Shown here in pieces: positions 52,881-64,000 of a stretch of DNA of 64,000 bases. Below the pieces are notes generated by a model. The model saw nothing but the letters and a program-made list of their open reading frames with translations, was not told the DNA's origin and searched no databases. The position numbers were made by a program, and so were the translations under genes. The stretch comes from Octopus vulgaris (taxonomy: Eukaryota): contig OX597818.1 of NCBI GenBank assembly GCA_951406725.2, positions 80,910,001 to 80,974,000 on the forward strand. Reading direction: 5' to 3'. The first letter of the stretch is position 1. Each line of letters opens with the position of its first letter.

Positions 52881-53449
52881 TTAAACCCCAACCCTCGCCG
52901 ATGAAAAACTATCAAATTAAAACGAATTAAAATTTTTTCGTAAATTTTATAATATCATACATTCTGAAAACACTTGTAATTCATGTTTTTTCTTAAAAAA
53001 AAATCCATGTTTTTCAAATTTACTTAACTTCTCTCTCATTCCTCCCTCTCATTGTATCTTTCATTCATTTTTCAGTATTAATGTTTGTCATACACTTGAA
53101 ATTACCATTTTGGGGGAAAAAAGAAATTCTTCTAAATTTTAATTTTTAAACATCTTTCGTACCCACGTCCACCAACTGCCTTTTGTTCGTTACCCCCAGA
53201 CTTTTTTTTTATTTACTTTTCAAAATTTATTCGAGGGATTCCTCATTTAAAAGTAGCCTTAAAATTTTTTTCCCCAAGTTCTGGTTTTGTGTTAAGAAGT
53301 TTGCTTCCCAGCCACATGGTTCCTGGTTCAGTTCCTCTGCATGGCACCTTGGACAAGTGTCTTCTACTAAAAGCTCCAGATTGACCAAAGTCTTGTGAGT
53401 GGATTTGGTAAATGGAAACTGAACGAAGCCTATATATATATATATATAT

Positions 53450-53509
53450 AAATGACATCCTTAAATTGACTGACTATGTATATAGTCAGTCAATTCAAGG
53501 ATGTCATTT
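53450..53509. repeat. Near-perfect ~28-bp hairpin adjoining (TA)n
   Basis: aaatgacatccttaaattgactgactat / atagtcagtcaattcaaggatgtcattt, one mismatch. Confidence 0.9.
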
Positions 53510-54628
53510 CCTCATTAGGAATTAATAAATCCAAAATTTCACTGGTTTAATTTCTATTACATTAGAAGAAAATCTCCACGATGTATTATGGATTATTATA
53601 ATAGGTATTTATACCTATTGTGTGTGTGTGTGTTTGTCCCCCCACCACCGTTTGACAATTGGTTGGGCATAAGAGATTGGCACAATAAATACCAGATTTT
53701 AAAAAGCTATTATATAAAATCTGTTCTGTCTGTCTGTGTGTGACTTCTAGGATCTTCGGCATCCTCCATCTGATTGTGCTCAAATTTGATATGTAGATAC
53801 TGATGGTATCAGGGCGTGTTTAAGTCTTGAAAAAATTACAAAAATCGATTCCAGGTGAGAATGTGATTGATAAAGCCGTGGGAACGTGCATTTGTACGTG
53901 CAAGTACATCAGCTGTTGCGATTGATACTACGCGTATGCGAGAAAAATGTACAGTGTCTCAAATTTAGGTTATAGCTGAAGATACTTGGCCAAGGTGCTG
54001 TGCAGTGGGACTGAACAGGGAACCATGTGGTGAAGAAGCAAACTTTTTACCTCACAGTCAACACCGTGCCTTAATAATAAGTTATTTTAGTAAAATTTTT
54101 CATTGTTTTTACAATTCATTCATTAAAATGAATTGTAACAAGGGGAGTGTATTTAAAGAGAAATATTGTAACAAAAAAATTCATCATCATTATTGTTTAA
54201 CATCTGCTTTCCATGATGGCATGGGTTGGGACGGTTTGACATGGAGCTGGCTTGCAAAGCTGTCCAGACTCTGATTGTCTGTTGTGGCATGGTTTCTACC
54301 GCTGGATACTCTTCCTAACACTAACCACTTAACAGAGTGTATTGAGTGCTGTCTGCATGCCACCAGCATGGGTGCTTTTACACAGCACCAGCACAAGTGT
54401 GTTAACGCAGTATGGGCACGGGTGCTTTTTATGTGGCACCAGCACCTGAAAGGACAACTCATTATTAAGGCACAGGTGTTGACTGTGAGGTAAGAAGTTT
54501 GCTTCTCCACCACATGGTTCTCTGTTCAGTCCCACTGCACAGCATCTTGGCTAAGTATCTTCAGCTATAACCCTAAGATGATCAAAGCTTTCTGAGAGGA
54601 TTTGGCAGATGGAAACTGAAAGAAACCT

Positions 54629-54666
<38 letters not shown>

Positions 54667-54683
54667 GAAGACAGCGATTTTAC

Positions 54684-55325
54684 TTAGCTTGACACATCAA
54701 GTACAGCAAATCGCCACATCTCCTGCTCCCTTGTCATTTCCTCAGTGAGACCCAGCGTTCGAAAATCCTTTCTCACCACTTTGTCCCACTCCTTCATGGG
54801 TCCACTCCTTCCACAGGTCCCTTCCACAATTAGAGCTCTGCACTTTACACAGGTGTCCTCATGCATATGCATCACACAACCAAACAAGTGCAGTCTTCTC
54901 TCTTGCACACGAAATCTGATGCCTCTTACACCCAGTTTTCTCTTAAATCCTTTACTCAATGTTGTGCATGCACACTGACATTACCCATCCAGCAGAGTAT
55001 GCTAGCTTCATTTCTTTCAAGTACTCTGTAGTCAAAGCCCATGTTTCACTGCCATGTAACATAGCTGTATGTACACAGGCATCATACAAGCTGCTTTCAT
55101 TGTGAGGGAGAGGTCCTTTGTTACCAACAAAGGTAAAATCTCTCTGAACTTTGCCCAGCCCGTTCTTATCCTAGCAACTACACATTCAGAACTTCCTCCA
55201 CCATTGCTAACTTGGTCTCCTAGGTAATAGAAGCTATCTATTACTTCTAATGATCCATCTGAGCTTTTGAAGGTGATTGTCTGCCCATTTTTAGTACTTA
55301 CTGTATCAGTACATTTGCCACACAA
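54684..55325 (-). pseudogene. RTE-clade LINE 3' remnant
   Basis: LEVIDSFYYLGD..VARIRTGWAKFREILPLL..LHGSETWA..RRLHLFGCVMHM, typical post-RT region of RTE ORFs; frameshifted. Confidence 0.85.
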
Positions 55326-55338
55326 TTAGTATTTGTAT

Positions 55339-55615
55339 CAGGGGTTTTCAACCATTTTTAATCTATGGGCCACTTAGATATTTATTCTGGTGGACCCACA
55401 TAGTCATTTGATGTTTAGAAACTTCTTTCCAAATTTTGTTCTTCACTCATTAACTTGTGCAGGTTGAACTATGTGAAACATTAGAGAAAGAAACCTAGCT
55501 GTTCCTTGCAATACATACCAATACATACATCTAAAGCAAAAGTTTTTTCAGGGACCCTTAAAATACTATTCCAGACCCACCAAAATCTTATATGGACTCT
55601 GGTTGAAAACCACTG
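55339..55615. mobile_element. hAT MITE
   Basis: caggggttttcaacc / ggttgaaaaccactg; 8-bp TSD attt(g/a)tat. Confidence 0.85.
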
Positions 55616-55880
55616 ATTTATATAATCATTTTGTGTAAAGATATTTGATAAAACTTTAACCATAATTATTGTATATACACTGTATTTTCTGATACAGGCA
55701 TAGGCATGGCTGTATGGTTAAGAAGGCTCTCATTGCAACCATGTGGTTTTTGGTTCAGTCCCACTGCACTGCACTTTGGACAACTGTATTCTGCTGTAGC
55801 CCAAAGTCGACCAATATCTTGTCAGTGGATTTGGTAGATGGAAACTGTGTAAGAGTCCATCATATATATATGTTTATATA

Positions 55881-56170
55881 TATGTATATAATTTAGAGAA
55901 AAAAAACCTCTATTAAACAATTCAAAAATGAAAGATACTTTTCACACCATATAGAAAACATACTATTATTATAAAAATCAATAAAGTTCAATAAAAAGTA
56001 AAATATCAATAATCTTTTACTACTTTATACTACTATTTACTATTTATTGCACTTTATTGATTTTTAGAATAAGTTTTTTTTTATAGTATATGTTTTCTAT
56101 GTGGTGTGAATAACATCTTTCATTTTTGAATTGTTTAATAGAGGTTTTTTTTCTCTAAATTATATACATA
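55881..56170. repeat. ~290-bp AT-rich imperfect palindrome (fold-back element)
   Basis: tataatttagagaaaaaaaacctctattaaacaattcaaaaatgaaagat and its inverse at the right end. Confidence 0.85.
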
Positions 56171-56279
56171 TATTATATATTGTAAAATTTGATTTAAATT
56201 TGTTAAATTGAATTTTTCCTTGTAAGTTTTAGAATTATATTCCCTACTATTATTATTATGTTTATATATGTGTATATTC

Positions 56280-56503
56280 CGACTGTGGTCGTTGCCAGCC
56301 TCGCCTGGCACCTGTGCAGGTGGCACGTAAAAAGCACCCACTACACTCACGGAGTGGTTGGCGTTAGGAAGGGCATCCAGCTGTAGAAACATTGCCAGAT
56401 AAGACTGGAGCCTGGCGCAGCCTTCTGGCTTCCCAGATCCCCGGTTGAACCGTCCAACCCATGCTAGCATGGAGAACGGACGTTAAACGATGATGATGAT
56501 GAT
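56280..56503 (+). mobile_element. SINE 3' part with RTE-type (GAT)n tail
   Basis: gagtggttggcgttaggaagggcatccagctg..ggacgttaaacgatgatgat; reverse copies at ~44535 and ~54183. Confidence 0.8.
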
Positions 56504-58864
56504 ATATGTTAATCTATGTTTATATACACATGTATATATATTTATATAAACACATACCTATATTTATACGTATACACGCACACAATGGTAGTCTCGAGAG
56601 TCCAAGAAAGACGTTTCTGCAACTTCTTGAAGAGCAACCTGCACAGAAGATTGTTTATGATTGTGTTGCACATTACCTCACTCCCTCCATCAAATAACAT
56701 TGCCTGTACAGGAACACAGTGTGCAACACTTAAGATGCAACTTCAGATAAAAAGTTTTCTCAAGAACAGAATGCACCACTGCTCAGTCCAAGAAACGAAA
56801 CATGCTTTTGTGTTGTGTTTGTCCACCACCACTTGACAGCCAGTGTTGGTTTGTTTATGTCCCCCGTGCCTTTTTGTGGTCAGCAAAAGAGACTGATAAA
56901 ATAGATACTGACTTTTAAAAATGTAAGTACTGGTGTTGATTTGTTGAATTAAGTCCTTCAAGGTAGTGCAGGTTACAGTCCAAAAACTGAAACAGGAAGA
57001 TAAAGATTACTCATGTGTGACAAATGCATATTTCCATTGTTACTTGTCAGCTGATAGGTGATACTCTGGTAATTAACCCTATAATATTCAAATTACTCAG
57101 CTAAATGTAATGCATTATTTTGAATTATTCATGCATAACACTCTGGTAACATGATTTGTATCCTTGTGTAGCAACTGTTATTTCCTATTTGCTAACCCCT
57201 AGAAAGTATAAAGGATGGTGAATATTCCCTTCAAACTTTGCTTTTGTTATATTTATTCAAACCCCAAAGAATCCCTCTCAACATATGACTATCATGCTTT
57301 CCCACTACACCTGCTCATGATTAGAGATGCACATATTGTCAGCTACTAAGGGACATGCTCAAGTGGTTAAGGTCAAGCAACTGACTAGCAAATCTGTGGT
57401 ATTGAGCCGAATATTTGTTATAATGATATTTCTGCTTCAGTAACTCAGTGCTGAATCTGTCTGAAATGTAATGGAAAATAGGTCAGTTTTGAAACATTGA
57501 TGTCTGTCTGGGTCACAAAGGCAAAGTTTGAAGGGAATAGTAGTCATTTCCTTTGATTTCTAGATAGAAACAAATAGGAAATAACACTTACTGAGCAAAA
57601 ACACACAAAAAATAAATAAAATAAATATTTCGTTACACAGTGTAATCTTGTAGCTTCAAAATATTGATGATGTCATTATTTTTAGAATGTCCTTGTAGGG
57701 TAGGTGTGAGAAGCTGGATTTGGTCAGTTTTAAAATAAAACAAGTACACTATTTCAGCTGGATATAGCCAGTTTAAAAGTTAAAGTGTTAAAATAATAGA
57801 AAGAAAAGATTTTGTATCAGTTTTATTATTTCATTCTAAGCACAACTGCTTAGAATATTGATATTTCAATTATATTTTCTATTTAAACAGTTTACCCATC
57901 TCATTAAGATTAATTATATATTTTCACATATTAGATATGTAATTATATGGATGATGGTATTTGATTTTTTTTAAACTGTGGAAACAGCTGTAACGCTCAG
58001 AATGACACTATGAAATTGTCGTTATGACATATCTGTAAAATTTTGTCTATTATTAATATTATTATTCAGTGGTCTTATGTTTATCACGTGCTTTCATTGC
58101 ATTATTGGGTGCAGCTCTGTGTGCCTTGGGTATGTGCTGTGGTTTGTTGTGGTGCTCTTATTTCCATTGTATTGAAAGTGCTTTATGTAAGAGATGTGTG
58201 GTACCTAGTAGTACTATTTTCTGTATGTTATATATATTTGTAAGTCTTGCTGTTTTGATTATATATTTGTATGTTTTTTAATCATACCTATTGCACCTAT
58301 TATTATAGGGATTGTTTCTGTTTTTTGGCTCCACATTTGGGTTATTTCTATTTCCAGATCTTTGTAGTTTGAGAGTTTCTCTGTTTCTTTTAGAGATAGA
58401 TTTTTATCTGTTGGGATTGATCCATCAATTAGAAGGTATTTGTTTTTCTTGATGATCTCTCAACAGCTATATCCAGTCTATTATTCTTGATCTTTCTATC
58501 TGCATGTATTGGCATATTCCAGAAAATGCCTCAAAAGATGACTAAGTAACCATACTGTGGGATATGCCTGTACCATCTTTTTTCTGTTGCCATTCCATAG
58601 TGCTGGCATAGCTTCCAGTGTATATATGTCCCAACTCTATCGTGTCTGGATATATTCCTTCATAGCCAGGACTGGACAGCCAGAGAAAATATGATTTTAT
58701 TGTTTCTTCCCCATCACCACATATTCTGTGGTTATTTATTATTTTTTTTTATTCATTATGTGCTTCTGATGGGGGAGGCTTTGATCTTGGGCCCACAACT
58801 AAAATTCCTTCAGTCTCTGCTTTGAATCCTGAGCTTCTCAGCCATTACTGGGATTTTACTTTGC

Positions 58865-59272
58865 CTCTTTACTCTCTTTTACTCTTTTACTTGTTTCGGT
58901 CATTTGACTGCAGCCATGCTGGAGCACCGCCTTTAGTTGAGCAAATCGACCCCAGGACTTATTCTTTGTAAGCCTAGTACTTATACTATTGGTCTCTTTT
59001 GCTGAACCACTAAGTTACGGGGATGTAAACACACCAGCATCAGTTGTCAAGCGATGTCGGGGGGACAAACACAGATACACAAATACACACACACATATAT
59101 ACATATATACAACTGGCTTCTTTCAGTTTCCACCTACCAAATCCACTCACAAGGCTTTGGTCGGCCCGAGGCTATAGTAGAAGACTCTTGCCCAAGGTGC
59201 CACACAGTGGGACTGAACCCGGAACCATGTGGCTGGTAAGCAAGCTACTTACCACACAGCCACTCCTGCACC
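58865..59272 (-). mobile_element. Full-length family B SINE nested in the LINE
   Basis: Complete reverse-complement head to tail with (ctctttta)n tail. Confidence 0.88.
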
Positions 59273-60176
59273 TATTTCTTTTCTGTTTAGCTTATCCCAG
59301 TATTTGCAATGTAAGGACTTTTCTTGCTATCATTTTATCATGGAATTTTGTTGTTCAATTTTTTGTATAGATTTTAGTTGCCTTACAGCTTTTGTTGTTT
59401 GCTCTTTTCCTTCACAGTTGTCAGGTACTATGACTTCTTTCTTATATTTTTTGGCTTCCTTAAAGACAGAAAGCAGTTTTTTGCTTTGTTCATGCTTTGT
59501 GGCTATGTATACCAGTTTTCCTTGGTTCTGTGTTAGATATTTCGGTAATCCTTTGGTGGTTACTTTATAGTAGTTTTCTAGTTGTATACCTCTACCACCT
59601 TCAGTTGTATACCTCTACCACCTTCAATTCATTGTATATATAACATTTCTATCACAGATTTTGGGTGGTGTATTTTTAAGTCTGTCATTATTTTTCTTGT
59701 TTTCCTGTCTAGTTTGGTTAGTTCATTTAATGTCCAGTTAAGAATATTGAAACTGTAACTTATAGCCAGAGTTGTTTTTTGCATTGAGCTCTGTTTTAAG
59801 TATTACGCTCACTTGTCTGTAGTATTCCTTCTTTATGTTCTCTTTCATCTGTGTGTGTTGTGCCTTATTTAGTTCATTGATTCCTAAGTATCTGAATGTC
59901 TGTGTTTCGTCTAATTCACTTATTTCATTTTTCTTTATCTAGTGTTATACTGTTACTCTTAACTTGGTTTCCTCTTTCCAAAGTTGCTTTGGCACGTTTT
60001 TCTAAGCTGGATTTCATGTTTATTCCTTTGGTAAATTCATGCACTGTCTATAGTGATGTTTCTAGTAGTTTATCATTTGCAGCATACAGTTTTAGATCAT
60101 TCATATATAAGGAATGGTTGATTATTTTACCGTAGCAGTTGTATCTACATCCAGTCCTGCTTAGCATATCAGTTAA

Positions 60177-60397
60177 CCCTTTAGTGTTTGCATTATTCTG
60201 CCAAAATTAATGTTTCTTTATCCACATTGTTTTGAACTAATCCTGCATTATCTTGTAGCTATGAGATTATGATGAAGTAGCTGTTAATTTTTAAAATGAT
60301 ATTGTGGGGTTAGTGTGAGAGACCAGATCTGGCCAGTTTGAACATAAAACAGGCAGAATACTTTTGGCCGGATATGGCCGGTTTAAATGCTAAAGGG
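60177..60397. mobile_element. piggyBac-type MITE nested in the LINE
   Basis: TTAA|ccctttag...ctaaaggg|gTAA. Confidence 0.8.
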
Positions 60398-61207
60398 GTA
60401 AAGATATCAGTACCAGGCAGAAAAGGAGTGCAAGAGCAAATCTCCATGGAATATTCCTCTTCTAATGGGAATGGCTTTAGTTTTTATGATTCCCTCTTTT
60501 GTCTGGAGTTGTAACACTGATTGCCATTTATTCATGGCATGGTTTATATATTTTTATTATTGTTGGTGCTACCTTGTTGATGGCTAATGTTTCCAGGGAT
60601 CATGAGTGGGGAATACTGTTAAAAACCTTTTGAAAATCAATCCAAGCCATGTTTAAACCCTTCTTTTTCTTTTGGCTGTCTTCAGTTATGGCTTTATTGA
60701 TTAATTGATCTTGACAGCCATATGAGCCTTTGCAGTATCCCTTCTGCTCTTCTGAAAATTTTCTTCCAGATGTCTGCCCATTCTTTCTGATATCATTAAC
60801 AGTTAAGGCTTTGTAAGTTGTAGGGAGACATGTTATGGGTCTGTAGTTTTGTGCATTTGTCATTTCAATGAACTTGGGAATTAGGATGGGTTTTTTTTCC
60901 CCTTCTGTGAACCAGTCAGGTGTTGTCTCTGGCTCTGCTAGTATTTCATTGAATTTTTCTGCCAGTGTCTTATGTCTCCCTGTTAAACATTTTAACCAGA
61001 AATCGAGAATCTTGTTGTGCTCAGGTGCCTTCCACTTGCTTAGTTTTTGCAATGCCTGGGTGACCTCTTCTGTTGTTATTGGTATCTAGAGTTGTTCAGG
61101 TGCTGTGTTTTTGTTTTAATAGATCTTTTCTGAGGATTTTTTATATATATGGACTATACCTTGGGAGATGTTATGGTACCTGCCTGGATAATTTATCCCT
61201 ATATACT

Positions 61208-61265
<58 letters not shown>

Positions 61266-62159
61266 ATAAAGAGAGGGAGGGAGAGAGAGAGTATAGTTTT
61301 TCTATATAATCCAGTTGAAATCTCAGTTGAGTTAAAATATATTTCAACTTTGTATAAGAAGCTGGTTTCAAATCTAAACTCAGTCCTAGATTTTCATTTT
61401 GGAAGTTTGTTTTTAAATTTAAAAAAAATCCTACTTAAATATTTTATGTCTGCCATGAAGATAAAATTAAAAGAAGCCAAGTTTCAATTCTGGCAGTTTA
61501 ACTGAAGAGCACTGAAAAGAAGGCTTTTCTCTCTCTCTCTCTTAGCAGTGACAAGAGGGACCTCTCAATACCCCTGTCTCTCTCCCTCTCTTTGACACAC
61601 ACAGACATACACACTCTGTTGTTTGGCCTCTCTGTTCAATTGACCTTTTTTTCAAGATTAGTGGTGGTTGTGGTGGTGGTGGTGGTGGGATCCTTGTGTT
61701 TCACTACTATGGGAATAACCAGCTAGCACTGCTGGCATGTTCTCTTTTGGTTAACGAGGCTGGATGTGGGAGGTGTGTTTCCTGCTAAATTTTGTGGAGA
61801 GGAAATCTTGACCAGGCGTTGATGTTTCCTGGTTTGCAACAAGTTCCTTCCGCTTCTTTTTTTTGTTTCTCATTTTGATTGCTATTTCGTTCTTTCACAA
61901 ACTTCCAATCATCTAACAGGCCATCTCGAGTGAGTTTCCGCTCCTGTGGCATCTCTGGTGTTACATATTGTTAGCTCTGTTGGTTTTCACCAGCAAATAA
62001 GAACCATTGCATTTTTAGTCTTCATGGTACTTTTTGGGCAGAGAAGGAGGAGCTCCAAGAGCCTGGGTATATGTAATGAGCTCACCAAACAGAACTGCAT
62101 TAGCTTTGTTGCTCATCCTCTTCATATGATCAACCTAGCACAGCCCACTCAACGCAAGT

Positions 62160-62412
62160 GGAGATATGTAGTTTAGTGGTTAGGGTGCTGGGCTCATGAT
62201 TGTAAGATTGTGGTTTCAATTCTGGGACCAGGCAACACATTGTGTTCTTGAGCAAAACACTTCATTTCACATTGATCCAGTCCACTTAGCTGGCAAAAAT
62301 AAGTAATCCTGTGATGGACCAGCATCCCATCCAGGTAGAGAATTTATACGCCATGGAAACAAGGAAACTGGCCCTTATGAGTTGCTATGACTCAAGAAGG
62401 TAACCTTTACCT
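62160..62412 (+). mobile_element. tRNA-derived SINE (family C)
   Basis: Colinear with 5812-6052. Confidence 0.8.
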
Positions 62413-62837
62413 CAACTTTATACCCAATGCATAGCAGGCCTTTCAAAAGAGATGGCAAAAAGTAAAAATTTTATGAGAATAAGCGAGCTGGCAGAGCTGT
62501 TAGCATAACAGACAAAATGCTGCTGTGTATTTTGTTTGTCTTTATGTTCTACATTCAAATTCTGCATTCAAATTGCCTTTCAACCCTTTGGGATTGATAA
62601 AATGAATAACAGTTATGTAGTGGAGTTGATGTAATCGGCTTCCCACTTCTCTCAGAAACCGCTGGCTCTGTGCCAAGATTTGAAACCAGTATTATGAGGA
62701 TGGTGAACTGGCAGAATTGTTAGTATTGGAATGAAAATGCCTTGTGACATTTCTTCTAGTTCTTTAATTTTGAGTTCAAGTCCAGCCAAGGTCAACTTTG
62801 TCATTTCTCTTATTATATAATATTACTTAATAGTACT

Positions 62838-62880
<43 letters not shown>

Positions 62881-63119
62881 CAGGCAATAATGCTAATAAA
62901 AAAATCAGATGCATCAAATATATTAGATATATTAAAACTAATATATTTAATGTATTTGATATATCTAATTTGTTTATCCACATAATTGCCTCTGTACCTG
63001 CTCAACTCGATAGCTTTTCACTACCTTGTGGAATGATCCCATGTAAAGATATTGGAATCTAAGTTTGATGTTTTGAGTACAACTAAGTGTCTTCTCTATG
63101 GAGAATCTCTAGATCTCAT

Positions 63120-63590
63120 CTGTGACCCCACCACACACACACATAAACTGTGTGTCATCTAAATTATGCAAATATGAAAATAACACATATAATTTTAATA
63201 AGAAATATTTAGCAAGATTACATAAAAATATCTTGAAATACTAAAGAGTACGTTTATTCAATAAAATTGACACTGGCTTCAATCACATTCCCCCAGACAA
63301 CTTTGGAATCTCCTGCAACTCTTCTGAATGGTCTCCTTGTTTAAGTTGGTGAATGCTGCCATAATCCTTGCCTTCAGTTCATTTTTGTTGTTGCAAAGAG
63401 TTTTGTTGGTTTGTCACTCAACTGTACCCCACACAAAATAACCAAGGGGGTTGCAGTCTGAAGAGTTAGGTGGCTAGATGTTAAGTGTGATGTGGTCACA
63501 GAAATTGTCTGACAGCCATGACTGGGTTCTCCTGCTTGTGTGACATGGTGCTGAGTCCTGTTGCCAGACATAAGATCTTCTAGCAGCCCC
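63120..63590 (-). pseudogene. Tc1/mariner (DD37D/maT-like) transposase C-terminal remnant
   Basis: YVWQQDSAPCHTSRRTQSWL..*PPNSSDCNPLGYFVWG. Confidence 0.8.
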
Positions 63591-63596
63591 CCCCCC

Positions 63597-63628
<32 letters not shown>

Positions 63629-63631
<3 letters not shown>

Positions 63632-63821
63632 CCAGAGTAAGCACATAAATGTGAAACAAGGTGGAAAATAGAGTACTCAAATACCAGAGGTAGAGTAATA
63701 TGCTTTATTTAAAAGCAGCAGAAATATAACAAAAGCTGTTACTCAGCGTTTCACGAACGAGAACGGGAAACTCTGAGTAACAGCTTTTGTTATATTTCTG
63801 CTGCTTTTAAATAAAGTATAT
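63629..63821. mobile_element. Fold-back element, same family as 40411-40630
   Basis: ~57-bp arms (63698-63755 / 63764-63821) containing GAAA-ctctgag-TA-acag; shares gagtactcaaataccagaggtagagtaatatgc with the reverse of 40555-40590. Confidence 0.8.
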
Positions 63822-63914
63822 ATATATAGATATATGTATGTACAAATATACGTGTTTGTAAATATATGTGTATATATATAGATATATGTATGTACAAATA
63901 TACGTGTTTGTAAA

Positions 63915-63955
<41 letters not shown>

Positions 63956-64000
63956 ATAAGACGGTAAGATAACAAAAGAAAGAAAGAGACCTCAATATTA

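Larger units (their letters stand above)
58290..61140 (-). pseudogene. Decayed R4/Dong-type (restriction-like endonuclease) non-LTR retrotransposon
   Basis: RT: WKAP..FWLK..NYRPITCLPTTYKALT..QKG..AWIDFQKVFNSIPHS. C-terminus: CG..EETI zinc-knuckle remnant, RHDRVG and NRLDI..LLIDGSIP..EKLSNYKDLEIEI. Interrupted by a SINE and a MITE; possible further 5' piece at ~61760-62140. Confidence 0.82.

Noticed and set aside
56600-56650. Hammerhead on the minus strand (GAAA-cg-TC)
   Set aside because: No acceptable NUGANNA core or stem I.

Overview
Eukaryotic, AT-rich and repeat-saturated DNA. The SINE families, RTE-type (GAT)n tails and microsatellite load suggest an octopus/cephalopod genome (inference from recognition, no search run). 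Almost every ORF in the supplied track is a microsatellite or transposon-remnant artefact. Host genes: a clear first coding exon of an IRSp53/BAIAP2-family I-BAR gene (50137-50184, +, MKNSEEAHKVTEQIYK|GTAAG), whose intron 1 runs off the window, and two weaker phase-compatible minus-strand exons of a possible membrane protein (17970-18038, 15781-15914). Mobile DNA includes decayed mariners, Merlin-like 8-bp-TSD MITEs (one an 836-bp palindrome with telomere-like repeats), hAT and piggyBac-type MITEs, Helitron derivatives, two solo LTRs, RTE and R4-type LINE remnants, and Penelope RT and GIY-YIG remnants. The most interesting signal is a dispersed set of short elements, mostly beside (TA)n tracts and often folded back on themselves, that carry type-I hammerhead-ribozyme motifs. 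Some have the canonical CUGANGA core; others show apparent compensatory 3:8 swaps (U3:A8, G3:C8), and one has a ~90-nt structured stem II.
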